Source: Bacteroidales bacterium (lineage in GTDB: Bacteria; Bacteroidota; Bacteroidia; Bacteroidales; UBA10428). Taken from it: a stretch of 62,999 nucleotides of DNA. A model generated the notes under the pieces. It made no database searches, was not told the DNA's origin, and saw nothing but the letters and a program-made list of their open reading frames with translations. Shown here piece after piece: positions 19,127-30,084 of the stretch. How positions within the stretch are numbered: the first letter of the stretch is position 1; each line of letters opens with the position of its first letter. The stretch spans positions 1 to 62,999 of the forward strand of contig JAFGOR010000289.1 in the NCBI GenBank assembly GCA_016926375.1, in the 5' to 3' direction. A program made the position numbers and the translations under genes.

Positions 19127-21081
19127 TTCACCTGTTTTAAAACATCCTGGTTGACAACAACGGCATATTTGGCACGGAGCGAATCAATCCACTGCTTATC
19201 AAGGAAATTCTGATAATCGGCAGTAACCTGGCCCTGGACATCGTCAAATGCCTTAGGTGACGGGGGTATAATTGAGTTCACAACGAGCAGGCGGGTAAGG
19301 TTTGCCTGCGCCATGGTTTTTACAGTTCCCTTTTCCCAAACGAATTCCCCGTATGGCGTTGATTCACCCTTTTCAATCCTCCGGTCAACAACCTCCACAC
19401 AATTTATGGAATCGTTCGAACATACATTTTTAAGATATTCAGAAACCGAACCGGATTTTTTGACTCTTTTCCTGGCATATTTGGTGGCTGATTTGAGATA
19501 CAGCGGATCCCGAACCGTGTAAAGAGAGACATCAGCCCGTTCATTCCACATGTATTCCTTTTCATGCTGTCTGTAGAAAGACCTCAATCCGGCGCTGTCA
19601 TTTACAGCCATGCTCCAAACATTCCTGTCCATGATATTGAAAAGAAGAATGCCGTCGTGATATTCCTCCATCAGGTATTTGAAATTTGGGTACTTCTCTT
19701 CGAGCAACTGCTTTTCATGCGCCATGAGTGATATCCGAACCAGTTCATCACATTTGGAATTCACAATATCTGCAAAACCAAGCTTTTTGTTGTAGCGGTT
19801 GGTTTTCAGAATGAAGTCAATCAATTCCTTTTGGGAGTATTCCTGGTTATCAACAGCAAAAACCGGTTCAATCAGATCTGTTGCCAAACCGGGTTTCCAT
19901 GCTCCGGAGTAGATTGCCTTGTCGAGCATACCTGCAATATCAGTGATATTTTCAGGGTATTTTATAACTTTATGTTCCTGCATCAGCGCGGCAAAAAATG
20001 CTTCTTCCGTTTTTTTGCCCCTTTCATCCATCATGATTCTTTCCTCGATCTGTGGTTTGATTTGATCGAATGAAGCCAGCGGTCGTTTACCAAGAAGTTG
20101 AAATATGTGCCATCCGTAATCCGATTGAACCGGCACCGTATAGGAGCCACTGTCGGTAAGTGCAAATACCTTCGCCTCAATATCGGCCGGCAGTTCGCCC
20201 GAACGCAGCCATCTCATCTGGCCCGCATTGCGTGCCGAACCTGCATCTTCGGAATACTGTTTCACCATATCGGCAAATGAAGCGCCCTCCTGAAGTTGCT
20301 TGTAACATGCATTGGCCTTTTCTTTGGCTTTATTAACGGCTTCCTGATTTTCATTTTTGCCTGAACGAATCAGGATGTGGGCCAGCCTTATCTCACCAAG
20401 TGCCTGCCTTCGGCCGTTTACACGGATGATGTGGTAACCGTATTTCGATTTTACGGGCATTGAAAACTGGCCAACCGGCGTGTTATATGCCGCATTTTCA
20501 AAAGGATAAACCATTGAAAATGCAGAAAACCAACCCAGGTTACCGCCATTGACCTTTGCAGAGGGATCCTCGGATTCCTCACGGGCAATTTTATCAAATG
20601 CTTCACCAGACAGCAGCCTTTTCCTTATGTTCATCGCCTTGTTGTATGCATCAAGTGTATCGGCGGGTTTTGTTTCAGCAGGAAGCTTCACCATGATATG
20701 GCTGGCGTCTACTTCAGTGAGTGTCCGGTTGTATGCTTCCAGCACAAGCCGGTCAATCAGATTCCGGTCCTGTAAATAAGGCTTTGATAACTGTTCCCTG
20801 TATCCTGCAAGTTCATTTACGAATGAATCCAGGGTATCATAACCAAGTTTTCTGGCTTCGAGTACCTTCAGTTTAAAATTGATGAACATTTCGAGGTACT
20901 CGGCAGGTGACTTGCTTTCATAGCCCTCCACATTGTTGTTCTTGCGGAAAATCCGCTCGAATTCAGACTTCATCACAGGCTGATTGTCAATTGTTAACAA
21001 TACAGCATCTTGTGAAAGAGCGGCAAATGACAAACAATTGATAAAAACCAACGCTAAAATAAGGTGTTTCATCAGTATCAA
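19123..21081 (-). CDS. Peptidyl-prolyl isomerase, SurA/PpiD-like, with two parvulin domains
   Basis: 652 aa with a signal peptide. Two parvulin signatures are present: GGNLGWFS...YGYHIIRV and AGQMRWL...YGWHIFQL. Confidence 0.8.
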   Translation of the reverse strand: MILMKHLILALVFINCLSFAALSQDAVLLTIDNQPVMKSEFERIFRKNNNVEGYESKSPAEYLEMFINFKLKVLEARKLGYDTLDSFVNELAGYREQLSKPYLQDRNLIDRLVLEAYNRTLTEVDASHIMVKLPAETKPADTLDAYNKAMNIRKRLLSGEAFDKIAREESEDPSAKVNGGNLGWFSAFSMVYPFENAAYNTPVGQFSMPVKSKYGYHIIRVNGRRQALGEIRLAHILIRSGKNENQEAVNKAKEKANACYKQLQEGASFADMVKQYSEDAGSARNAGQMRWLRSGELPADIEAKVFALTDSGSYTVPVQSDYGWHIFQLLGKRPLASFDQIKPQIEERIMMDERGKKTEEAFFAALMQEHKVIKYPENITDIAGMLDKAIYSGAWKPGLATDLIEPVFAVDNQEYSQKELIDFILKTNRYNKKLGFADIVNSKCDELVRISLMAHEKQLLEEKYPNFKYLMEEYHDGILLFNIMDRNVWSMAVNDSAGLRSFYRQHEKEYMWNERADVSLYTVRDPLYLKSATKYARKRVKKSGSVSEYLKNVCSNDSINCVEVVDRRIEKGESTPYGEFVWEKGTVKTMAQANLTRLLVVNSIIPPSPKAFDDVQGQVTADYQNFLDKQWIDSLRAKYAVVVNQDVLKQVK

Positions 21082-21090
21082 AATTATGGG

Positions 21091-22560
21091 TTAGCGGCTG
21101 TAATTGGGTGCTTCACGGGTTATGGTAACATCATGCGGATGACTTTCGGCAACTCCCGAACTGGTTATTCGCACAAATTTGGCGTTCATGAGATCCGGAA
21201 TACTTCCGGCACCGCAGTATCCCATTCCGGCTCTTAATCCGCCGATCATCTGGTAGACCACTTCGGATAGCGAGCCTTTGAACGGCACCTGGGCTACAAT
21301 GCCCTCCGGAACAAGCTTTTTAATATCGTCTTCGGGGTCCTGAAAATACCTGTCGCCTGACCCCTGCTGCATGGCCTCGATGGATCCCATGCCGCGATAT
21401 GATTTGTATTTCCGGCCATTATATATAATTGTTTCTCCCGGCGATTCCTCAACTCCTGCAAACAATGAACCGGCCATTATGGAACTGGCTCCGGCAGCAA
21501 TTGCTTTAACCATGTCACCCGAATAACGGATACCTCCGTCGGCAATGATGGGCAACCCGGTACCTTTAAGTACACTGGCTACATCAAAAATGGCAGAAAG
21601 CTGGGGAACACCAACGCCGGCAATCACGCGCGTGGTACAAATTGACCCGGGCCCTATTCCCACTTTAACCCCGTCGGCGCCGGCCTTAAGCAGGTCTTTG
21701 GCAGCATCAGCTGTGGCAATATTTCCCACAATGATGTCCAGGTTGGCATAATGCTTCTTTGCTTTTTTCAGCGTTTCAATCACTCCTTTGGAATGTCCGT
21801 GTGCTGTATCAATAACAATGGCATCCACATCGGCCTTGACCAGTGCGTCAATTCTTTCAAATGTATCAGCAGTAACTCCTACAGCAGCGGCAACCCTGAG
21901 CCGTCCCATTGAATCCTTGCAGGCATTGGGGCGGTCCTTGGCTTTGGTAATGTCTTTATAGGTAATCAGGCCGATGAGCTTGTAATTATCATCCACAACA
22001 GGAAGTTTTTCAATCTTGTAATTCTGAAGGATGTCAGCGGCCATTTCCAGGTCAGTCTCCTGGCTGGTTGTAATGAGATTTTCCTTGGTCATGATTTCCT
22101 TGATCGGCCTTTTCAACACCTGCTCAAACCGGAGATCCCGGTTGGTAACAATGCCAATGAGTTTATGCTGCCCGTCAACTACCGGTATGCCTCCTATCTT
22201 GTATTCCTTCATCAGGTTAAGCGCATCTCCAACAGTAGCGTTTGCCTTAATGGTAATGGGGTCAAAGATCATGCCGTTCTCAGCCCTTTTTACAGTTTTC
22301 ACCTGCTTGGCCTGATCCTCAATGCTCATATTCTTATGAACCACGCCGATACCTCCCTCTCTGGCAATGGCTATGGCCAGTGTGGCTTCCGTAACCGTGT
22401 CCATGGCTGCTGAAACAATTGGCGCATTCAGCTTGATGTTTCGTGTAAGCATGGTGGCAATGCTGACTTCGCGGGGAAGTACCCGGGAGTAGGCAGGAAC
22501 CAAAAGTACATCGTCGAAAGTCAGCGCTTCGGTAACAATCTTATCGGTGAGGTTTTTCAT
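21091..22560 (-). CDS. guaB: IMP dehydrogenase
   Basis: 489 aa. N-terminus [11 protein letters not shown], a CBS pair, the catalytic loop [11 protein letters not shown], and the C-terminal [11 protein letters not shown]. Confidence 0.97.
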   Translation of the reverse strand: MKNLTDKIVTEALTFDDVLLVPAYSRVLPREVSIATMLTRNIKLNAPIVSAAMDTVTEATLAIAIAREGGIGVVHKNMSIEDQAKQVKTVKRAENGMIFDPITIKANATVGDALNLMKEYKIGGIPVVDGQHKLIGIVTNRDLRFEQVLKRPIKEIMTKENLITTSQETDLEMAADILQNYKIEKLPVVDDNYKLIGLITYKDITKAKDRPNACKDSMGRLRVAAAVGVTADTFERIDALVKADVDAIVIDTAHGHSKGVIETLKKAKKHYANLDIIVGNIATADAAKDLLKAGADGVKVGIGPGSICTTRVIAGVGVPQLSAIFDVASVLKGTGLPIIADGGIRYSGDMVKAIAAGASSIMAGSLFAGVEESPGETIIYNGRKYKSYRGMGSIEAMQQGSGDRYFQDPEDDIKKLVPEGIVAQVPFKGSLSEVVYQMIGGLRAGMGYCGAGSIPDLMNAKFVRITSSGVAESHPHDVTITREAPNYSR

Positions 22561-22675
22561 GACGGAAATTATAAATTGTGCGAAATTACAAAAAAAGAAG
22601 TAATATTGAATCTAAATATTTGCAGCAGGCCTTCCGGTCTGCATCGTTTTTTGGTATACCTGATGCGACTGGCCT

Positions 22676-24583
22676 ATGATAACTGACTATCAGGCAACAT
22701 TAAAAAAGTTTTGGGGATATGATTCCTTCAGGCCGTTACAGGAAGAAATCATTCGTTCGGTGCTTGCAGGGAAAGATACGCTTGGCCTGATGCCCACCGG
22801 CGGAGGCAAATCACTCACTTTTCAGGTTCCGGCCATGACCATGCCCGGCATATGCCTGGTTGTCACACCGCTGATAGCCCTTATGAAAGACCAGGTTGAG
22901 AATTTAAAAAAGCTCGAAATCAAAGCTGTGGCCGTGCATTCCGGCTGTACCCGCGAGGAAATTGATGTAGCTTTGAATAACTGCCTTTACGGTGGCTATA
23001 AATTTCTGTATGTATCGCCGGAACGACTGGTTACCGAGCTATTCAGAATTCGCTTCCAGGAAATGCAGGTAAACCTGATTACAGTAGATGAGGCACACTG
23101 CATATCACAATGGGGCTATGATTTCAGGCCATCCTATATGAGAATTGCAGAGCTTCGCCAATTTCAACCCCACGTACCCATTCTTGCCCTAACAGCAACT
23201 GCCACTCAACGGGTAATTGATGACATCCAGCAGAAATTGCAGTTTCGTACCAAAAACCTGTTAAAAACAAGTTTCCGCCGTGAAAACCTGATATATGCGG
23301 TTAAATACTCCGAGAACAAGGACCGCGATGTGGTGGATATGGTTAAAAAGCTCAGAGGCAGCGGCATTATCTATGTCAGAAGTCGCCGCAAAAGCATCGA
23401 TATCTCACGCTTCCTTCAACAGGAAGGCATTTCAGCAGCCTATTACAACGCCGGCCTGGAGCATGCTGCAAGAAATGAAGTACAGCGTAACTGGACCATC
23501 GGGAAAACCAGAATCATCGTTGCCACCAATGCTTTTGGCATGGGTATCGACAAACCCGATGTGCGCTTTGTAATTCACCTCGATATGCCCGATTCACCTG
23601 AAGCCTACTTTCAGGAAGCAGGACGTGCCGGCAGAGATGGTAACAAGTCATTCGCCATCCTGCTGTCATCAGCCTCCGACGTTACTGCCGTTAACCAACG
23701 CATCCAGGTTAATTTTCCCGATACCACCACCATCAAAAATACCTACTCGGCCTTATGTAATTACCTGCAAATACCCGTAGGTGGCGGAAAGGGTATGTCA
23801 TTCGATTTTGACATCAACGACTTCGCACGCTCCTACCGGCTCTCCGTATTCACCTCATTCAGCTCGCTCAAAATCATGGAGCTGGAGGGATATCTTGAGC
23901 TCACCGAGGAAATTAATAATCCTTCCCGGATTAAATTTATACTGGACAGGGATGACCTGTACCGCTTCCAGGTGTCAAATTCACGTTTTGACTCCTTCAT
24001 CAAACTACTCCTGCGTTCATACACAGGTGTTTTCACCGAGTACACCTCCATCGATGAAAACATGCTGGCAAAGCGGGCCAATGTTGAACAGGAGGTTGTC
24101 AGACAATATCTGAACAAGCTGGTAAACCTGCATGTGATTAATTACCTGCCGCAAAAGCGGACGCCCATGGTGATTTTTTTTGAAGAACGGCTCGATGAAA
24201 AGTCGATTTACATTTCCCGTGAGAATTACCAGACGCGCAAAGAAAGGTATGAGGAACGGGCCAATGCCATCCTGAATTACGCCAGGAAAAATGACAGGTG
24301 CCGGAGTCAGGTGATCCTTGAATACTTTGGAGAAATGGATTCTCCTCCCTGTGGAGAGTGCGACGTATGCCGTGAAAAAGGTGAAAACCAGCTCAACCAG
24401 GATGAATTCAGGATCATCCGTGATGACCTGATTCGTGTTATTGCACTTGAACCCATTTCGCTGGAAAACCTGATTGAAAAAGTGCCTGTGAAACGCGAAA
24501 AAATTATCGAGGTATTGCAGTGGATGATGGACAACAACCTGGTGAAGTTTAACAACGACCAACTGCTGATTAAAACCAGCTAG
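22676..24583 (+). CDS. recQ: RecQ-family ATP-dependent DNA helicase (variant C-terminal architecture)
   Basis: Motifs: FRPLQEEII, PTGGGKS (motif I), DEAHCISQWGYDFRPSY (motif II), LTATAT, QEAGRAGRDG (motif VI). The Cys cluster CRSQVILEYFGE...PCGECDVC lies ~200 aa after motif VI. No HRDC-like tail was recognised. Confidence 0.9.
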   Translation: MITDYQATLKKFWGYDSFRPLQEEIIRSVLAGKDTLGLMPTGGGKSLTFQVPAMTMPGICLVVTPLIALMKDQVENLKKLEIKAVAVHSGCTREEIDVALNNCLYGGYKFLYVSPERLVTELFRIRFQEMQVNLITVDEAHCISQWGYDFRPSYMRIAELRQFQPHVPILALTATATQRVIDDIQQKLQFRTKNLLKTSFRRENLIYAVKYSENKDRDVVDMVKKLRGSGIIYVRSRRKSIDISRFLQQEGISAAYYNAGLEHAARNEVQRNWTIGKTRIIVATNAFGMGIDKPDVRFVIHLDMPDSPEAYFQEAGRAGRDGNKSFAILLSSASDVTAVNQRIQVNFPDTTTIKNTYSALCNYLQIPVGGGKGMSFDFDINDFARSYRLSVFTSFSSLKIMELEGYLELTEEINNPSRIKFILDRDDLYRFQVSNSRFDSFIKLLLRSYTGVFTEYTSIDENMLAKRANVEQEVVRQYLNKLVNLHVINYLPQKRTPMVIFFEERLDEKSIYISRENYQTRKERYEERANAILNYARKNDRCRSQVILEYFGEMDSPPCGECDVCREKGENQLNQDEFRIIRDDLIRVIALEPISLENLIEKVPVKREKIIEVLQWMMDNNLVKFNNDQLLIKTS

Positions 24584-26232
24584 TATTTTGCCACCAATGG
24601 CATCTTCCGGCCCGGTCCGAATGCCTTGGTGGAAATTCTCAGCACAGGGGGACTCTGATACCGCTTAAACTCGTTATTATTCACCATTCGGATTGTTTTT
24701 TTGACCATTTCAGCCGAAAACCCTTCCCGAATAATCTCCTCCTCTGATTTTTTCATCTCGATATAATTGAAAAGAATCTTGTCGAGCAAATCATATTCAG
24801 GAAGCGAATCAGAATCCTGCTGTCCGGGCCGCAATTCAGCCGAAGGTGTTTTGGTAATGCTGTTCTCCGGTATGATTTCCTGCTCCCGGTTTATAAAACG
24901 GGCAAGCCGGTATACATCGGTCTTGTATATATCACCCAGCACCGACAGGCCCCCGCTCATATCGCCATACAGGGTTCCGTAACCAACTGCGCTCTCGCTT
25001 TTGTTGGAAGTGTTCAGCAGCATGTTGCCAAACTTATTGGAAACAGCCATCAGCAAGTTCCCCCTTATCCTGGCCTGAATGTTCTCCTCCGCAACATCAT
25101 CCGGTAACCCTTTAAATAAATCGCCAAGCGACCGGTCGTATTCATCAAAGATACTCCGGATATCAACGGTATCATAACGTACTCCCAGGTTACGGGCAAG
25201 CGCTATGGCATCAGTAACTGAGTGGCCCGATGAGTATTGCGATGGCATCAGCAAAACCCTGAGGTTTTTTGCCCCCAGTGCCCCGACAGCCAAAACCAGT
25301 GTAACGGCAGAATCAATACCCCCTGAGAGGCCCATTATTGCTGATTTCAATCCTGTTTTAACAAAATAATCACGGATTCCCAGAATAAGGGCATCATGAA
25401 TCTGCGATATATCGTCATGCGAAGGAATCAGCGAAGAAGAAGCAGGAGCTGCCATAATGCTATCGGTTTCGTATACCGCGAAATCCTCTTCAAAAAGCTT
25501 CATCCGGCTCACAATACCGGCCGGATTGACTACCATGGATCCACCGTCGAAAATCAGATCGGTTTGCGCACCAACCTGGTTGGCATAATATATGGGAACC
25601 TTGTAAAGCGATGCGTTGTCGGTCAGTATTTCAGCCTTGATTTCACCCTGAAGATGTGAAAATGGCGACGCTGCAATGTTTACCACGAAATCGGGACACA
25701 ACCGCGAAATCTCCTTCATGGGACTTACCGAGTAAAGCCTGTCCCTGCCATACCCGGTTAATACGGGTTGCTTAAACCACAGGTCCTCACAAATGGTAAT
25801 GGCAATATTAAATCCCTTGTAGCTGACCAACTCAAAACAGGTATTCTGTTCAAAATATCTGTATTCATCAAAAATATCATAGGTAGGAAGCAGGGTTTTA
25901 TGAATAACCTGCTGCACAGCTCCGTTATGCATGAAGAAAGCCGAATTGTACAGATTTTTACCTTTTGCATTCGGGTTTACCGAAGGACCTCCGACAATTG
26001 CCGCCAGACCATGACATTCAGCTGCAATAAGTCCGATGCTGTCTTCACATTTCCGGATAAAATCTCTTGACTCCAATAGATCATGTGGCGGGTAACCGCA
26101 AACCGAAAGTTCAGAAAAGACTACCAGGGCAACTTTCTCCTGGCGGGCTCTCCGAATTGTTCTGATGATCTTTTCAACATTTTCTTCAAATGCACCAATG
26201 GTATAATTGAGTTGGGCTATGGCAATTTTCAT
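24580..26232 (-). CDS. nadE: Glutamine-dependent NAD+ synthetase
   Basis: 550 aa. An N-terminal CN-hydrolase domain (MKIAIAQLN..., FSELSVCGY, ICEDLW) is followed by the synthetase domain with the SGGIDS P-loop. Confidence 0.95.
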   Translation of the reverse strand: MKIAIAQLNYTIGAFEENVEKIIRTIRRARQEKVALVVFSELSVCGYPPHDLLESRDFIRKCEDSIGLIAAECHGLAAIVGGPSVNPNAKGKNLYNSAFFMHNGAVQQVIHKTLLPTYDIFDEYRYFEQNTCFELVSYKGFNIAITICEDLWFKQPVLTGYGRDRLYSVSPMKEISRLCPDFVVNIAASPFSHLQGEIKAEILTDNASLYKVPIYYANQVGAQTDLIFDGGSMVVNPAGIVSRMKLFEEDFAVYETDSIMAAPASSSLIPSHDDISQIHDALILGIRDYFVKTGLKSAIMGLSGGIDSAVTLVLAVGALGAKNLRVLLMPSQYSSGHSVTDAIALARNLGVRYDTVDIRSIFDEYDRSLGDLFKGLPDDVAEENIQARIRGNLLMAVSNKFGNMLLNTSNKSESAVGYGTLYGDMSGGLSVLGDIYKTDVYRLARFINREQEIIPENSITKTPSAELRPGQQDSDSLPEYDLLDKILFNYIEMKKSEEEIIREGFSAEMVKKTIRMVNNNEFKRYQSPPVLRISTKAFGPGRKMPLVAKY

Positions 26233-26242
26233 GGGATATCTG

Positions 26243-26899
26243 TCAGAACAATACGCCTACCCTGAAAGTCAGGTAATTTAAAACTGCCTTGTGGTCATTG
26301 TTGGAAAGTACATCTACAAAACCATTGTTGTAGAAAATACCGGCAAAGAGGGAGGTTTGCCCGCCTACATTATATTCCACACCGCCACCAAAAAAATAGC
26401 TCATGTTGAATGTGTTGATTTCCTTGGCCACATTATCCTTGTTCAGCTCCTTATCAGTGGATGTGCCCTTGGATCCAATGTTGATCAGCTGGTTTACACC
26501 CAATTGAGCATAATAGGTAAAATAGCCCATTTCATTGGTCTTCAACTTCAATGATACGGGAATGACCATATAACTTACATTGAAGGCAACTGACTCACCT
26601 TTTCCAACCATCACAGAAGTGGTTTTCCCGCTGGAAATAGAAATAGAATCATTGTAAAGTACGTTACCCCCCTGGGTGGCAAGCATAAGTCCGGTTACCA
26701 AACCGTAATTTGAGTGAAAATAATACTCAACAACCAAACCGCCGCCAATTCCGGGACGCGCTCCGTCTTTTTCGATGCCATCTGATTTTGGCGTGAGCCA
26801 CGAGGCCATAGGGTCAATATTGACACCTAAACGAAGATTGGATTGGGCAAAAACTACTGATACATTTAATAATGCCAGTATTACAAGAGTCTTTTTCAC
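26243..26899 (-). CDS. Small outer-membrane beta-barrel (porin family, OMP_b-brl-like)
   Basis: 218 aa with a signal peptide (ending ..VFAQ). Alternating strand pattern and a C-terminal FRVGVLF. GTG start. Confidence 0.7.
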   Translation of the reverse strand: MKKTLVILALLNVSVVFAQSNLRLGVNIDPMASWLTPKSDGIEKDGARPGIGGGLVVEYYFHSNYGLVTGLMLATQGGNVLYNDSISISSGKTTSVMVGKGESVAFNVSYMVIPVSLKLKTNEMGYFTYYAQLGVNQLINIGSKGTSTDKELNKDNVAKEINTFNMSYFFGGGVEYNVGGQTSLFAGIFYNNGFVDVLSNNDHKAVLNYLTFRVGVLF

Positions 26900-26926
26900 G
26901 ATGCTAAATTTAGATTAGTAAAAAGG

Positions 26927-26934
26927 CAAATTTA
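26927..26934 (-). promoter_or_regulatory. Candidate -7 promoter box (TAnnTTTG) for the porin/nadE unit
   Basis: The minus strand reads TAAATTTG, 28 nt upstream of the start at 26899. Confidence 0.4.
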
Positions 26935-27032
26935 AGCAGTTCTTGGTTTATCAAAAAGAATAATAGTCACTAATTGAACAGGAAAAGAAAAAAGATTTTG
27001 TCATTGTGTCAATTGCAACTATTTTTGGAGAT

Positions 27033-28052
27033 ATGAAAAGAAAGCTTAATTTTTTTATCAGGTTGGCGCTGATTCTGTTGCTACCTGCAATGGTATGGTC
27101 ATGCAATAAAGACCCCTTCAGGGTGGATGTATCATCAAACAAAGTAACCATTTCCATTACACGCTTTGAAGACATGCTTTTCTCGTCGGATCCTTCAAAA
27201 ATAGAGCAACTCATTCCAAAATGGGATAAAGAGCTGGGTATTTTTTTCAGGCATTTTTGTCAGATTACAGGAATCGGAAGTATTGACAATCCGGAGTTTG
27301 CAACCCGATTCAAGGCCTTTGCCAGCAGTTATCACAATTATTTGATTTACTCGCGTGTGAAAGATATATTCCCCGACCTCAGCAAATTGAATACGGAACT
27401 CAACGATGCCTTCAGTTACTATCATCATTATTTTCCGGATATGCCCATACCCCGGGTTGTTACCTATGTTTCAGGGTTCAACCAGTCGGCCATAACCGAT
27501 GACTCTCTCCTGGCCGTTGGTCTGGACAAATACCTGGGAAGGAATGAAGAATTATACAGGCAACTGGGTATATACAATTACCTGCTGACCAATATGTACC
27601 CTGAAAAGATTGCATCTGACTGCGTGTCCTTTTGGGGAGAAACCGAGTTTCCCTTTAACGATTCGATCAATAACCTGATCACCAATATGATTTACCGGGG
27701 CAAGCTGTTGTATTTTACAAGTGCCTTGTTGCCTGAGCAGTCCGATTCAGTGAAATGGGGCTTCACCGGATCAGACCTGAAATATTTCAACACTGCTGAA
27801 AAAGCCATGTGGGCATTCCTGGTTGAGCACAAACTGCTTTTTAGTACAGACAAGCTTACCATTAATAAATATGTTTTGGAAGGACCTTTTACCAAAGACT
27901 TTGGCAGGGGGTCTCCGGCCCGTGCAGCGGTGTGGATCGGTTACAGGATTGTGGAATCATACATGCAGAAGAACAGGAATCTCACCCTGGCCCAACTAAT
28001 GGAAGAAGATGATTACATGAAGATATTAAACCAGAGCGCCTATAATCCATAA
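27033..28052 (+). CDS. gldB: Gliding-motility lipoprotein GldB-like
   Basis: Track ORF is 27006..28052 (GTG). The ATG at 27033 gives a lipoprotein signal (MKRKLNFF...PAMVWSC). The ISITRFEDMLFS start and the overall length resemble GldB. Adjacency to nadE fits what I recall from other Bacteroidota, but I could not verify this. Confidence 0.55.
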   Translation: MKRKLNFFIRLALILLLPAMVWSCNKDPFRVDVSSNKVTISITRFEDMLFSSDPSKIEQLIPKWDKELGIFFRHFCQITGIGSIDNPEFATRFKAFASSYHNYLIYSRVKDIFPDLSKLNTELNDAFSYYHHYFPDMPIPRVVTYVSGFNQSAITDDSLLAVGLDKYLGRNEELYRQLGIYNYLLTNMYPEKIASDCVSFWGETEFPFNDSINNLITNMIYRGKLLYFTSALLPEQSDSVKWGFTGSDLKYFNTAEKAMWAFLVEHKLLFSTDKLTINKYVLEGPFTKDFGRGSPARAAVWIGYRIVESYMQKNRNLTLAQLMEEDDYMKILNQSAYNP

Positions 28053-28105
28053 CCGGAATTCAATGCCGGAATTGATGAAATGCAATATAATGCACATTTT
28101 ACACC

Positions 28106-30082
28106 ATGAAAACCCTGACGATATGTATACTCTTGTTATGCGGAGCGTTAACTCAAGCTCAGCCTCCCGACACGTTGTGGCAAAAAAGCCTGAAGTGCTA
28201 TGATTTGCAGGATTATCATGGCACCGTTGCATTAACCGATTCGTTGCTGCAACTGGCACCCAATTTCCCCAGCGCTCTTGACCTGAGAGGTATTGCTAAA
28301 TTCGCACTGGGTGATGTAGAAAGTGCCTGTAATGACCTGGTCAGTGCCCAAAACCTGGAAACCAATGAAAACAGGCGCTTCACGGAATTCATGTGCAACC
28401 CCGATTTCACTACTGATCTCCTGGTTAAACAGTTCTATGGGAATGAAAAGGTATATCCCGATCTCGGATACAGACCCCGCTATACACGCGCCGATACATT
28501 AAGGGGAGCACTGAGACCTGAACGAACCTGTTTTGACGTAAACTATTATGACATTCATGTGAGGATTATCCCCTGGCGCAAAAGAATTGATGCAGGTACA
28601 ACAATTCATTTCAAAGTGATTAATGAAACACGCAGAATCCAGATCGATCTTTTTGACAATTTTCACATCACCGGGATTTATTGGCAAAAAAAGCCACTCG
28701 CATGGCATCGTGAATATAATGCCCTTTTTATTGATTTCCCGGAAGAACTGGCACCCGGCCAAAATCACATGATTACAATTGAATACCGGGGCAGGCCGCG
28801 GAATGCTCCCAATCCACCATGGGATGGCGGCTTTGTATGGAAGCGCGATGATAACAAAAACCTGTGGCTGGGAGTAACGTGCGAACAGCTGGGAGCCAGC
28901 AGCTGGTGGCCCAATAAAGATCATTTCAGCGATAAGCCCGACTCGGTGAGGCTTTCATTGGAAATTCCCGGCGCTTATCAGGCAGTTTCCAATGGCGACC
29001 TGGAAAAGGTGGAACACACCCGGGGAAGATATACCCGGTTCACCTGGCTCACCGAACATCCCATTAACAATTACAATGTGACCTTTTACGTGGGCAAATA
29101 TGCTTCGTTCTCTGATACACTGGTGGACGGAACAGACACGCTGCGATTCGACTACCATGTACTTTCGGAAAATCTGGATGTTGCCAGAAAACACTTTAAA
29201 CAGGCGCTTGACGTAGTCTCTTTCTACAATAAAGCATTTGGCTTCTACCCGTTTGTAAAAGACGGATTCGGGCTGGTTGAATCACCTTATGAAGGAATGG
29301 AACACCAGTCGGCCATAGCCTATGGCAACGGCTACGATAGCAATAACCGGCAGGAATACCGGAATCAACTCTATGATTATATCATTGTGCATGAAGCTGC
29401 CCATGAATGGTGGGGAAACTCTGTAACCGCGGCAGATATGGCAGATATCTGGATACACGAAGGATTTGCAACCTATGCCGAATATCTGTTTTTGGAAGAC
29501 AGGCTGGGAAAAGAGGAATATATGTATGAACTCACTGATAAAAGCCAGTACATTTTCAACGTGTGGCCCATGGTTCATAACCGCAACGTGAACGAAAACG
29601 CTTTTGCAGGCAATGATGTTTACAACAAGGGCGCCATGATGCTTCATTGCCTGCGTTGCTGCATAAACAATGACTCTTTGTTCTTCGGGCTGATACACGA
29701 TTTCTGTACCAGCTACCGGTATCAGACAGTGACATCAAATGATTTCGTGAAATTTGTCAACCAATATACCAATTCAGATTTCACTTCATTTTTTGGAAAG
29801 TATCTGTATGACACCAAACTGCCGGTACTTGAATATGAATTTTACAACAAACAGGGTGATCTAAAAATCAGGTACCGATGGACCGGGGTGAATGATGGTT
29901 TTGTAATGCCTTTTGGCATTTCCACCAGCAATAAAGAATCATTGCGATTGGTGGCCGATTGTTCGTGGCGGGAAATCACGCTGCCCGGTGCGTCCTGGTT
30001 TAATTTCTACAATCTGTGGAGGGGATACCAGGGTTGTCCCGATAACGCGTTTACCTATTATCATACCCGCAATATAAAATAA
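28106..30082 (+). CDS. M1-family zinc metallopeptidase (aminopeptidase N-like)
   Basis: 658 aa with a signal peptide. The gluzincin motif HEAAHEWWGN is followed by WIHEGFATYAE (HExxH-x18-E). Confidence 0.9.
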   Translation: MKTLTICILLLCGALTQAQPPDTLWQKSLKCYDLQDYHGTVALTDSLLQLAPNFPSALDLRGIAKFALGDVESACNDLVSAQNLETNENRRFTEFMCNPDFTTDLLVKQFYGNEKVYPDLGYRPRYTRADTLRGALRPERTCFDVNYYDIHVRIIPWRKRIDAGTTIHFKVINETRRIQIDLFDNFHITGIYWQKKPLAWHREYNALFIDFPEELAPGQNHMITIEYRGRPRNAPNPPWDGGFVWKRDDNKNLWLGVTCEQLGASSWWPNKDHFSDKPDSVRLSLEIPGAYQAVSNGDLEKVEHTRGRYTRFTWLTEHPINNYNVTFYVGKYASFSDTLVDGTDTLRFDYHVLSENLDVARKHFKQALDVVSFYNKAFGFYPFVKDGFGLVESPYEGMEHQSAIAYGNGYDSNNRQEYRNQLYDYIIVHEAAHEWWGNSVTAADMADIWIHEGFATYAEYLFLEDRLGKEEYMYELTDKSQYIFNVWPMVHNRNVNENAFAGNDVYNKGAMMLHCLRCCINNDSLFFGLIHDFCTSYRYQTVTSNDFVKFVNQYTNSDFTSFFGKYLYDTKLPVLEYEFYNKQGDLKIRYRWTGVNDGFVMPFGISTSNKESLRLVADCSWREITLPGASWFNFYNLWRGYQGCPDNAFTYYHTRNIK

Positions 30083-30084
30083 AA

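Noticed and set aside
22626-22665. Hairpin-like sequence TGCAG...CTGCA followed by TCGTTTTTT in the recQ leader, considered as a possible attenuator
   Set aside because: Only about 5 contiguous base pairs can be drawn, with poor inner pairing. That is too weak to call.
24017-24562. 181-aa antisense ORF inside recQ. Similar long antisense ORFs lie at 47408-47923, 48793-49266, 50239-50673, 52512-53009 and 35856-36314.
   Set aside because: All lie entirely within well-supported genes on the opposite strand and show no recognisable domains. They are treated as shadow ORFs.
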